Shown here: positions 48,925 through 59,800 of the stretch, piece by piece | How the letters are laid out: each line of letters begins with the position of its first letter | How positions within the stretch are numbered: the stretch's first letter is position 1 | NCBI GenBank assembly: GCA_964549685.1 | Contig: CAZJVE010000003.1 | Span: forward strand, 32,344-96,343 | Direction: 5' to 3' | Source of the DNA: an uncultured archaeon | GTDB taxonomy: Archaea; Altiarchaeota; Altiarchaeia; IMC4; QMZM01 | Length of the DNA stretch: 64,000 bases | Notes under the pieces: model-generated | The model's database searches: none | What the model was told of the DNA's origin: nothing | What the model saw: the letters and a program-made list of their open reading frames with translations, nothing else | Position numbers and translations under genes: made by a program

Positions 48925-49695
48925 CTACTGAAATGAGGGTAGAATCGAATTCCTCAGGCTGGGGCCAATCCCGAGAATGAGAATCACTAATTTCAGCATT
49001 TTGTAGAGGGTCTCGTCCTTTTCTTCCTCCTCCCGATACCACTTCTCGAGGAGATATAGGACTGTCAGGATTACCAACAGCTTGAGGGGAATCATGATTA
49101 TCGCATTTCCTGCAAAATCTATCAGAAGCCTGGGCAGGAGATGCTCCTCAAGGAAGCCATAATACTCTATACCATAAAAGGAAGAGGTGCCGTCAAGGAG
49201 GTGGGCGAATATTATTGCAACGTTCTCCTGCTTCCGGAATATTCGCAGCCCTGGAGTTGATGATGCAAAATAGACGATTCCCGTGATAAATGCAGCAATG
49301 GCCACTGGATAGAGGATTACGAGGGGATTTTTTATGTAAGGGATAAGGTAGTAGATGAGAATTCCATCGGCCACGGCTCCGGCAGCCAATGGGAAAAGCC
49401 AGTAGTCAGTCCCAAACCTCCTGTTCAGGAGGATTCCCATTGCCAGCGCCAGGAGACCCGCCCCCAGGGCAAGGACATAGACGCCGGGGGTTATGCTCCA
49501 CCACTGGCTCCTTGGAAAGAAGCCGACGTCGGCAAGAATCCTCACGAGGATTCCGGCCAGGACGTATGGCATCGAAGCGAGCAGAAAATCCCTGTTCAGT
49601 TTGATTCTGATGAAAAGATACCTGTAGAGAATCCATAGTATCGCAATCAGTATCAGGATATACACTACATAATCCTGTATAGAATAGTAGCCCAT
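48925..49695 (-). CDS. DUF63 family membrane protein
   Basis: TPGVY, AHLLDG, EEH, LGIGPSLRN; multiple TM helices. Confidence 0.8.
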   Translation of the reverse strand: MGYYSIQDYVVYILILIAILWILYRYLFIRIKLNRDFLLASMPYVLAGILVRILADVGFFPRSQWWSITPGVYVLALGAGLLALAMGILLNRRFGTDYWLFPLAAGAVADGILIYYLIPYIKNPLVILYPVAIAAFITGIVYFASSTPGLRIFRKQENVAIIFAHLLDGTSSFYGIEYYGFLEEHLLPRLLIDFAGNAIIMIPLKLLVILTVLYLLEKWYREEEEKDETLYKMLKLVILILGIGPSLRNSILPSFQ

Positions 49696-49696
49696 C

Positions 49697-51328
49697 CTAA
49701 ACCACTTCGTCAACGATAAATTCCAGTTGGTCGGAAAACTCGCTGTATTTGACCCTTCCGATAACGGTCACGCTCCTGTCGCCGAGGGATTTCTTTGCCT
49801 TTCTCAGCGGCTCCTGCTCATCCTGCGTCTCCCCTATGATGTTCATGACCTCCTCCATGTCCATACCAAGGATTCTCTCCGCGTTCTCCCTGAAACAGAT
49901 GGCCCTTACTGTCCCCGTCTCATCCTCAAGAATGAAGGACGCAATCAGGTTGGATTTTGGCTCTATGTCCTTATTGCACTGCTCGCAGAACCACCCGACG
50001 CCCGAGTTCTGTATGCTCCTGCTGCAGTCGGGGCATGTCGTGTATATCGGCCTCTTTCCCTCGTCGATATCGACGAGTTTTCCTTTTATTTGGATATCTG
50101 AATCGAGATTCTCCAGCTGCGCAATGCTCTTTTCCTTTATCAGCGACTTCTTTATGTCCTTTATCGATGGAAGTTCGAGATCCTGGTTTACCACTATCTC
50201 AGAATACTTTCCGACATGAGCCTCCACTCCGCCATTTAGGCCCGCTCTTGAGTAGGCGTTCTTTATCACGATTGGGTCGCCTGGCTTCAGCTCCTTTGCT
50301 ATCTCCGAATTCTCGTTCCAGAGAACGGCCCTTGTTGTTCCTGTCTCGTCTCCAAGGATAACAGAGGCCATCATACCGTTCGTGTAGGGCTTCTGTGGAA
50401 AAACCTGTATGACTCTCCCTGAAACGCTTAAATTTTGCATGCCCCCCTTCAGGTCGGAGATTTTCACCCCCGCCTGTTCCTGTAATGGAGGCAATTTTAT
50501 AGCTGCATCGGTCTTGATTACCCTGCTTCTGCCCCCCGCCTGGAGCTCTATCCCTCCGCTCAGACCCTGCTTCGTGTATGCATTCTCGAGCTTCACGAAA
50601 TCGCCCCTTTCAAGCTCAAGCCTTGCTGCTGAATCCCAGAGAACAGCCCTTATCGTCCCTGTCTCGTCCTCCCCGGTAAAGGACGCCCTCATCCCAGTGC
50701 TTCCATCGGCCCTGCTGAATTCAACAGGGGGATAGTAAGAGGAAACCCTGCACACCAGGTCGACGGAGCCCATGTCCGGCCCCAGTTTGTCAATCTTGAT
50801 GAGGTTCTCCTCAATCTCGGGGAGATTCACACTGACTTCAGGGTTGATGCTCATGCCCGTCAAAGAGGTAGCATGCAGCTCAGCCCCTCCATTCAGGCTC
50901 TCTCTCCCGTAGCCGTTCTTTACAAGAAGGGTATCCCCTTTCTTGACCCGGTTCACCATCTCAGAGTTCTTGTCCCAGAGAACCAGCCTTGTTTCTCCGG
51001 AGTCATCGACCAGAAGCAGAGAGGCCATCCTTCCCTTTGAGTTATCCTTCCTCTGAAATTCCTTGACAGGGTAGGCCATTTTTATTCTGCCCGCAATATT
51101 GGACGGCCTTCCGGGGGCTATGTCGGATATCTTGGACAGGGTTATTGTCCCGGCGTTGTCGAGGCTGATTCCGAATTCCTTTGCAACCGCATAGAGGGCC
51201 CCGTAGTCGGAAAGAAGCCCGTGGGTGATTTCCTTGCGCTGGTTCATCATCCCCCTGATGCCATCAGTAGTTTTTCCGCTGTCGCTTGCTACCTTTTCAA
51301 CAAGAGAATCTACATCCATCTCAGACAT
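49697..51328 (-). CDS. rpa: Replication protein A (multi-OB-fold with Zn finger)
   Basis: Repeated D(E/D)(T/S)GxxRxVLW OB folds; CPDC...CEQC. Confidence 0.88.
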   Translation of the reverse strand: MSEMDVDSLVEKVASDSGKTTDGIRGMMNQRKEITHGLLSDYGALYAVAKEFGISLDNAGTITLSKISDIAPGRPSNIAGRIKMAYPVKEFQRKDNSKGRMASLLLVDDSGETRLVLWDKNSEMVNRVKKGDTLLVKNGYGRESLNGGAELHATSLTGMSINPEVSVNLPEIEENLIKIDKLGPDMGSVDLVCRVSSYYPPVEFSRADGSTGMRASFTGEDETGTIRAVLWDSAARLELERGDFVKLENAYTKQGLSGGIELQAGGRSRVIKTDAAIKLPPLQEQAGVKISDLKGGMQNLSVSGRVIQVFPQKPYTNGMMASVILGDETGTTRAVLWNENSEIAKELKPGDPIVIKNAYSRAGLNGGVEAHVGKYSEIVVNQDLELPSIKDIKKSLIKEKSIAQLENLDSDIQIKGKLVDIDEGKRPIYTTCPDCSRSIQNSGVGWFCEQCNKDIEPKSNLIASFILEDETGTVRAICFRENAERILGMDMEEVMNIIGETQDEQEPLRKAKKSLGDRSVTVIGRVKYSEFSDQLEFIVDEVV

Positions 51329-51362
51329 AGAATAGAATTAGATTCGGAGGGATATAAAGCGT

Positions 51363-51875
51363 TCACCAATGCTCGTTATGGACCTCTATATTCCTTGGCG
51401 AAGCGGATGGTTCCTCAGCCGGATAGCCAATAGGGATTATGGCAACGGGCCTGATTTCGGAAGGAATTCCCAGCACCTTTCTGACTGAGTTCTCGTCGAA
51501 TGCCCCGACCCAGCAGGCTCCGAGGCCAAGGGAATGCACCGCAAGGAGAATATTCTGTGCTGCTGCCGTTGCGTCCTGTATGCAGTAGAGTTCCTCTCCT
51601 CTGGAGCCGTATTTTGCAGCAGATTTCCCGGGATTTGCGCAGACAACGATAACTAGGGGCGCTTCAGAAACAGAATTCTGGGAGAGAGCAGCATCAGCAA
51701 GAACTCTCCTCCTCTCCGAATCCCTGACAACGATGAAGTCCCTCGCCTGCAGGTTTCCTGCCGAGGGAGCCTCCTTTGCAGCCTCCAGAATTTCCTCTAC
51801 TTTTTCTGCATCTATTTCATCAGGCCTGAACCTCCTGATGCAGTGCCTCCCTCTTATTGCTTCGAATAGTTGCAT
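51363..51875 (-). CDS. Nitroreductase family protein
   Basis: R..IR.F, APSAGNLQ, AAQNILL, GLGACWVG, IGYP. Confidence 0.92.
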   Translation of the reverse strand: MQLFEAIRGRHCIRRFRPDEIDAEKVEEILEAAKEAPSAGNLQARDFIVVRDSERRRVLADAALSQNSVSEAPLVIVVCANPGKSAAKYGSRGEELYCIQDATAAAQNILLAVHSLGLGACWVGAFDENSVRKVLGIPSEIRPVAIIPIGYPAEEPSASPRNIEVHNEHW

Positions 51876-51880
51876 GCCTA

Positions 51881-53782
51881 TCAACCAGACCAGGCAGTTA
51901 TCAGTGCTACAACGTCGGCAAGGGTTGCTTCTCCCAGGCTCCAGAGTGTTATGTGAGCCACAACCTCGGCAAGCGCAACCTCTCCACAGGGAGGTTCATC
52001 ACCAGTTAGTTCACAGCCAAAAATTGCAAGAATCTCTGTGTCCCCGATTACAACAGGGTATACGCTAGTCAGGCCGTAATAGGATGTGCCGTTAAAGGCA
52101 TAGGTGCCATTGGCATCTGAGGGAACAGTCACTGAATAGGTTATGTTTGTATCCTGCACCGGGCTGCCCAGTTCCCAGAATAGCCATTCTATGGAGCCGT
52201 TTTCCACTAAACCAGTTGGCTCAGTTGCAGTTACATTCCAGCCGCTTGGTGGGGTTTCGGTTACCCCGATTGAGTCAGGAAGATTTGATTCATCAACGTC
52301 CATCATAAGGGTTACTGTCAGTTCAGAGCCGGAGGTAACGTTCTCCGACAGGACTCTTGTCACATTCAGGGGATGGGTCGCCGGTATTGTTGTAGTAGTA
52401 ACTGCAATGTCGCTAATCCAGATTCCCGAATCTCCGCCGATGGCAGGGTCAACTGCTCCGCCATAGTCGACGGTCCCTGAAAAGGTATAGGTGCCGCTTG
52501 CGTTTGCCGGGACCTGGAGCATGTAGGTAAAGTCCTGGTCCTCGACTGCTGTTCCAAAACTCCAGAACAGCCACTCTATCCTGTTGGGGTTTGTCTTTTG
52601 CTCGCCTGTTACGCTCATCCCCAGAATATTCCATCCCTCAGGCAGGTATTCAATGACACCAGCCGAATCAGGAATATCCGATTCGTCCACCTCCATGGTC
52701 ATGGTAACGGTAATGTTGCTGCCAGGGGTTCCACTGCTTACCAGGGTTCTGTTCACCATGACTGGATATTCACTCGCAGATATTGTGGATGTGGATGTGG
52801 TTGAGGTCGTAGACGTTGAGGTCGTTGTAGTCAGGGGCGTTCCTATGACAAAGAGTACATAATCGCCGCTAACTGAGGGGTCAGTGTCTCCACCATAGTC
52901 TATCGTTCCATTAAAGGTATATTGGCCATTGGCATCAGATGGTGCTCTTATGCTATAGGTTATGGTCTGGTCCTCCAACGCAAGACCGAATGCCCAGAAT
53001 ATCCAGCTTATCCTGTCGCTCTCTGAGTTATAATCCCCGGTCGGCGACATAGATACGAATTCCCAGCCATCGGGAAGTTCCTCAACCAGGCCTGCTGAAT
53101 CCAGTCCCGCCGCTTCATTGATGTCCATAGTCAGAGTAACTGAAACGGCCTCGTTAGGATTTGCGCTACTAGGCAAATCCCTGCTAACATATACTGAATG
53201 CTCATACGGCCATACAGTGGTTGTTGTTTCAACGGCTGTTGTTGAGGTGGATGTCGTGGATGTTGATGTGGTTGACGTCACTACAGGCCCGCTGACTGAG
53301 ATTGTTGTATCCCCTCCAACGGATGGGTTGCTTGCTCCTCCATAGTCTATCGTCCCGCTAAATGTATAGGAACCATCCGCATCCTGGGGAATTCTTATCG
53401 TATAGGTTATCGTGGTGTCCTGAACCGGCAGGCCGAAAAGGGCCGAAAAAAGCCAGTTTACCTTGTTGTTTTCTGCGCTGTAATCTCCGTCGGGGGATTC
53501 GGCCGTTACTGTCCATCCCGAAGGGACGAATTCGCTAAGACCGATGGAAGTTGGCTCCTGGCCCTCAGTAACGTCCATGGTAAGAGTTACCTGGATGCTG
53601 TCGCCCGGATTTGCAGTATCGGGCAAGTCCCTTATTGCTGCCACTGGATCGGATGCAATCCCTATGACCTTCCCTATCGCACCCGTATCCCTTTCCTGTT
53701 CTCCTAAGAAGCAGCCGATTGACACAAAAAGAAAAAATAGAATCAACCCTGCTTTAATTGTATATCCTTTCGTTATTGGCAT
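51881..53782 (-). CDS. Secreted protein with four tandem cohesin-like beta-domains, Thr linkers and a dockerin-like tail
   Basis: Signal peptide ending SIGC; 4x RxL...VT(L/M)xM(D/E)...GW...W(L/I)F...TY...F.GT..YG...GD; C-terminal GDEPPCGEV...W...W. Confidence 0.8.
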   Translation of the reverse strand: MPITKGYTIKAGLILFFLFVSIGCFLGEQERDTGAIGKVIGIASDPVAAIRDLPDTANPGDSIQVTLTMDVTEGQEPTSIGLSEFVPSGWTVTAESPDGDYSAENNKVNWLFSALFGLPVQDTTITYTIRIPQDADGSYTFSGTIDYGGASNPSVGGDTTISVSGPVVTSTTSTSTTSTSTTAVETTTTVWPYEHSVYVSRDLPSSANPNEAVSVTLTMDINEAAGLDSAGLVEELPDGWEFVSMSPTGDYNSESDRISWIFWAFGLALEDQTITYSIRAPSDANGQYTFNGTIDYGGDTDPSVSGDYVLFVIGTPLTTTTSTSTTSTTSTSTISASEYPVMVNRTLVSSGTPGSNITVTMTMEVDESDIPDSAGVIEYLPEGWNILGMSVTGEQKTNPNRIEWLFWSFGTAVEDQDFTYMLQVPANASGTYTFSGTVDYGGAVDPAIGGDSGIWISDIAVTTTTIPATHPLNVTRVLSENVTSGSELTVTLMMDVDESNLPDSIGVTETPPSGWNVTATEPTGLVENGSIEWLFWELGSPVQDTNITYSVTVPSDANGTYAFNGTSYYGLTSVYPVVIGDTEILAIFGCELTGDEPPCGEVALAEVVAHITLWSLGEATLADVVALITAWSG

Positions 53783-53828
53783 TCTACATCATTACTATTT
53801 GGTTTGCGGTGCTATATAAGTTTGTCTG

Positions 53829-56800
53829 TCAAGTCGCCCATGCAGTTATCAGGTCTATTACGGCGGCTAGCTCTGCATTGCCTGCGGACCATAGGGTTAT
53901 GTAGTCAACTACCTCTGCCAATGAAACCACTCCACAGGGAGATTCATCCCCAAGCAGTGTGCATACTGACCCAACAGTTACCGCTCCGTTTGAGGTGCTC
54001 AGGGTGAGTGAGGTCCCGTTAACATCTCTCACGGTTACGTTTTCCAGGGTCAGAGTTGCGCTTCCGTCCGCAATCGAATTGAAGTTTATTGCTGCTATAA
54101 CTCCGGATGCCGTAAGCCCGCCGTCTACTGCACTGCGGCTTCTGCTGAAGGTTACCGTCCCTGCCGTATTGCTGTAGGTCGGAGCATCTCCAGTCGTATC
54201 CGCTCCATCTGAGCTAAGGAAGTCACCCTCCGTAACGCTTGTAGCCTGTAGCACGCTCTTGTTGAACAGCAGGACAAACTCCACTCCGAGCACATTATCG
54301 GTCTCTGTCGAGGTTATGTTTATGCTGAACGACTCATCACTATCAGCACTGACTGATGACGGAGTCACCCTCACTATCGTTCCGCCTTCCTGAACCGTTA
54401 TTATGACCTCGTCCGTGTCCGTGTTGTCGTCGTTGTCCGTAGCTGTCAGCGTTATTGTGTGCGTCCCAACGGCAAAGTCACTCTTTGTGAAGGAGCTCTG
54501 CGTGCTCAGGACATCGGTTCCATCCTTCCACTCATATGCGTCGATGGTGCCGTCTGTATCGTAAGAGTCAGAGGCATCAAGGGTTACTGATTCGCCACTG
54601 TTTATAGTCTGGTCTGTTCCAGCATCAGCCACGGGGTCCTGCTGGGCACTGACGCTTATCGTTACTGTATCGGTGTCCTTAAGGCCGTCGTCGTCGGTAA
54701 TCTCCAGAGTTACCGTGTATGTCCCTGCAGTGGAGTACTTGTGCGACGGCTTTATCTCTGTGGATTCAGAGCCGTCATTGAAGTCCCAGTGGTAGGAGAT
54801 TATCTCACCATCAGAGTCACTGGACGCCGAGCCGTCGAACGAAACGCTGTTGTCCAGGTCGACCGTCTGGTCGTTCCCTGCGTTTGATGTGGGCTCTGCA
54901 GCTGCCGCTGAGACTGTAACGGTCAGGGTGTCAGTTCCTGTGAGGCTCTCATCGTCCGTTACCGTCAGAGTCACCGTGTAGGTTCCGGGTGTTGAATAGA
55001 TGTGGGACTGCGTGACTCCATAGACAACGTCTCCATCGGCGAAGTTCCATGCATAGGACTGTATTGTCCCGTCATCAGTGGAATCGTCGCCGCCTACATA
55101 GACTGTCGTTCCAAGGCTTATCGTCTGGTCAGGGCCCGCACTTGCGGTCGGCGATGTCCCTATTCCAGGAGCTATGGATGCCATCTTTATCATCGAGGAA
55201 TTTACGCTCTGTAGGGTGAAGTCCTGTGTCGTTGTCGCTCCGTCTGTAATCGTCACGTTCACCTCAACGTCATCATAGCCCTCCAGATACGCCTCGATAG
55301 TATAGGTTCCGGCTGGAATTCCATCTATGAGGTAGGTGCCATCGTCCTCTGTCTCCTCCCAGTCTTCCCCGAAGCCTTCTCCAGGAATCCAGATGTTTAT
55401 GTTTACCTCCTCAAGTGGAGTTCCATTGGAATCCGTTACCGTTCCTGTGAGATTCCCTCCGTCCGATAGGGTGAAGTCCACTCCGGTGGTATTCACTCCT
55501 GCGGTTACAGATACATCCTCTTCCATCGTGCCCGCATATCCTTCGGCCTCGGGCTTTACCTTGTAGGTTCCTGCAGGGAGGTCGTCTATCACATAGTTTC
55601 CGCTGGCGTCGGTGAGTGCCTCGCCGCCCGCGTATGTACCTGGGCTCCATGCAAATACCTCTATGTCGGCAACCCCTGCTCCGCCATAGGTTACCGTTCC
55701 GGATATTGCCCCCGCCGCTGCCAGGGTAAAGTCTATTCCGGAGGTAGTCTGCCCGGCTGTTACGGAGACTGACGACTGCATCTGCGGTGCATAGTTGGAA
55801 TAGTGCACCTCGACGTTATACGTGCCTGCTGGAAGCCCCGTTATTGTGTAGGTTCCGCTGGAACCGGTCTTCGTCCATCCGTGGCCGGTATCCTCATCAT
55901 TCCAGGCCTCGACGTGGACATCCGATACTGCCCCGCTGGCATCTGTTACTGTCCCTGAGATTGAGCCTCCCTGGGCAAGTGCAAAGTCTATGCTGGAGGT
56001 TTCTGCTCCTGCAGTAACAGTGACCGTCTGCTCATTCGCAGTATAACTCTCATAGGTGGTTCCCATGAGGTCAAGGCCGACATGATAGCTTCCCGAGGAC
56101 AGGCCGCTTATCGTGTAGGTGCCTGAGTCATCCGTTATCGTGTCGCCCCAGTCTGGTGCACCCTCTCTCCAGGCCCATACCCTGACGTAGGAGACCGCGG
56201 CGCTGCTCAGAGTAACGGTTCCGGAAATAGAACCTCCCGTGGTCAGAGCAAAGTCGACTCCTGTCTCCGAGCCTCCGGCAGCCACAGTTACGGTCTGCTC
56301 CAGAGATGCGTAGCTTGCGTAGGATGTGTCTTCTGTCCTTATATTGACGTGGTACTTGCCTCCCATCAGGCCGTTTATCGTATAGGTTCCGTCAGAGGCC
56401 GTAACTGTGTCACCCCAGTCCGGGGTTTCTCCTGACTCCCAGTCTCTCCATGCATCGACCCTTACATACTGGGCTGCTGCTCCGCCCGCAGTTACTGTCC
56501 CGGAAATCGATGCTCCCTGAGTCAGAGAGAAGTCAACTCCGGACCTTTCTTCTCCTGCAGTCACGCTGACTATCTTCTCCGATGCAGCATATCCTGAATA
56601 AGAACTGCCTGTTGCATCTACCTTCACGTGATAGGTTCCTGTTGTCAGACCGCTCAGCGTATAGGTTCCGTCGGAGGCCGTCCATGTATCGCCCCAGTCA
56701 GGCGACTCCTCCTTCCAGGCCTCTATCCTTGCATACTGGACCGCCTGCCCTCCGGTGGTTACCGTTCCTGAGATGGAGCCTCCGGTGGTCAGTAAAAAGT

Positions 56801-59800
56801 CCACCCCAGAGGTTGTCTGGCCGGCTGCTACAGTAACGACCTTCTCCTCGGATGCGTAGTTGGTATAGGTCGTGCCGGTCGGACCCCAGCCGAAGTGCAC
56901 CTCGACGTGGTATATTCCTGCCGAAAGCCCGGGAATCGTGTAGGTTCCGTCGGATGCGGTCATGCTTCCGCCCCAGCCCGGAGCCCCTTCTTTCCATGCC
57001 TCGACCCTCAGGTAGGCTACAGCTCCATCTGCATCCGTTACTGTTCCGGATATCGAGCCCCCGCTCTCCAGTGCGAAGTCGATGCCGGTGACTGCCTCGC
57101 CTGTGCTTATGGCTATTCTCTGGTTGGTTGTGGCGTAATTTTCATAGGTCGTTCCCTCAAGCCTGACCTCCACGAAGTAGTCTCCCCCTATCAGGCCGGT
57201 TATCGTGTAGGTGCCGTCAGACTCTGTCATGGTTCCGCCCCAGCCGCCACCTTCTTCCTTGAAGGCCTCTACCTTTACGTAGGGGACTCCCGCGCCGCTA
57301 AGAGTAACGGTGCCTGAGATTGATGCCCCGTCGCTGAGGTCGAAATTCACACCGGAGGTTTCTGTTCCTGCAGTTACTGTTACGGTCTGCTCCTCTGCTG
57401 CGATATTCTGTGTTGTTCCTGTGGAACTCCAGAACGGGTGCGCGCTGATGTGGTAGGTCCCTGCTGCCAGCCCTGTAACTGTATAGGTCCCGTCAGAGTC
57501 GGACATTGCATTGCTCCATCCGGCCTCGCTCCATGCATCAACTATCACTCCGAGCATTGGAGCGCTGTTATAGGTCACTGTCCCCGATATGGAGCCACCC
57601 GTGATCAGCACGAAATTCACGCCGGACGTATCTGACCCCGCGGTAACGGTTACGGTCTGATCATCCGTCGCATAATTGGTTGTCGAGCCCCACTGCGCCC
57701 TGACGATGCAGTGATAGATTCCGCTGTTCAGACCCCTTACCTGGTAGGTTCCATCCTGCTGAACCATAGTCTCGCCGTGACCCTCCCCCATTTCCTTCCA
57801 GCACTCGACCCTCATGTCTGGCACCGGGCTGCCGCTGGAATCTTTAACGGTTCCTGATATTGAGCCTCCTGCAGTCAGCAAAAAGTCCACCCCGGAGGTT
57901 TCCGCTCCTGTTGTCACCGACACAATCTGCTCCTCGCTTGCATAATTTGTGCTGCTGCCCCAGGTATCGATATTCACGTGGTAAATTCCTGAATATAGAC
58001 CAGTTATGGTATAGGCCCCGTCAGATGAGGTCATGCTTCCGCCCCATCCGCCGGTCTCGCTCCATGCATGGATAGTTATGTAGGCAACCGCCCCGTTTGC
58101 ATCGGTCACGGTTCCGGATATTGAACCTCCTGTTGTCAGGGTGAAATCGACTCCAGATGTGTCAGCCCCTGTATCAACTGTTACCGTCTGCGGCTGGGCT
58201 GCGTAATCGGAGAAAATCTCTACTCTGTAGGTTCCGCTTGTCAGGCCAGTTATTGTATAGGTGCCATCTGATGCCGTCCAGGCGTTGCCCCACCCGTGTT
58301 CCATCTCCTTATGAGCCTCTACCATTATGTCAGATGCCCCGCTTCCGCCCGAATAAGTAACTGTTCCGGAGATTGAGCCGCCCGTGCTCAGATTGAAATT
58401 CACGCCACTTGTTTCCTGGCCTGCTGTGACTGAAACAACCTGCTCCTCGCTGGCATAATTCATGTCAGAATCGCTGGCACGAATCTGGACGTGGTAGGTT
58501 CCTGTTGAAAGCCCAGTTATTGTGAAAGTTCCGTCGGAGGATGTCCAGGCATCGCCCCATCCCGCGCCGTTCTCCATCCAGCACTCGACTCTTATATTTG
58601 CTACTGCAGTTCCTGAGGCAGTAACGGTTCCTGAGATGGAGCCGCCTGTTGTCATGGCAAAGTCGACTCCAGTAACTGCCTGGCCTGCTGTTACTGTTAC
58701 AATTATCTCCTCCGAGGCGTAGTTTGTTCCACTATCCCCGGAATGAACATCTACATGGTAGGTTCCGGACATAAGACCAGATATCGTGTAGGTCCCGTCG
58801 GATTCGGTCATGGCTCCTCCTCCTCCGCAGCCAGCTGTTTCGGTTGATTCGCACCATGCTCCCACGTTTGTATTGGCCACTGCCACCCCATTATAGGTTA
58901 CGGTTCCCGATATTGAGCCCCCTGTAGCCAGTGCAAAGTCCACGCCCGTAGTTTCCTGACCTTCCACGACCGAGACGGTCTGCTCCTCTGTCGCGTAATT
59001 GGTCGTTGAACCCCACTCGATGTGAATTCCTACTCTGTAGGTTCCGGTGGAGAGGCCCGTTATTGAATACTCCCCTGTTTCTGAGGTCATTGCCTCGCCC
59101 CAGCTGTCGCAGTTCTCGCAGTGTGCCTCGAGCCGGAGGTGTGATACTGCCCCGCTCGCATCAGTTACCGTTCCGGAGATGGTGCCGCCCAGAGTAAGTG
59201 CAAAGTCTATTCCAGTGACCTGCTGTCCCTCCGTCAGGATTACGACTATTTCATCAGCTGCGTAATTGCTTGTAGCTGCTGCTCCTGTCGGGTCCCAGTC
59301 GTTCCTTACCTTAACGCGGTATGTCCCTGCTGACAGGCCCGTTATCGTGTAGGTTCCGTCGGATGCCGTCTCGTCATCGCCCCAGCCGGAGCCCTGCTCG
59401 TTCCAGCACTCGACCCGCATATTTGTTACTGCAGAGCCGCCATAGGTAACGGTTCCGGATATTGAAGCTCCTGCTGAGAGGACGAAATTCACGCCAGTGG
59501 TTTCCTGGCCCGCCACGACCGTTACTGTCTGCGGGTCGGATGCGTAGGTTGTCGTCCCATCCGAGCGAACCTCTATCTCATAGACCCCGCTGGACAGACC
59601 GGTTATTGTGTAGGTGCCATCGCTCTCAGTCCAATCGTTGCCCCAGCCCATGCCCTCGTGATTCCAGCACTCGACGTGGGCGTTTGCGACAGGGCTTCCA
59701 CCATACGTAACGGTTCCTGATATTGAGCCGCCTGCTGTCAGTGAAAAGTCCACTCCAGTGGTTGCAGAACCCGCAGTAACAGACGCGGTCTGCTCCTCGG

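Noticed and set aside
48873-53828. Single transcript from the giant surface gene into the ribosomal operon
   Set aside because: TATA-like boxes precede the 4-repeat gene, rpa and rpl3, so co-orientation alone does not show co-transcription.
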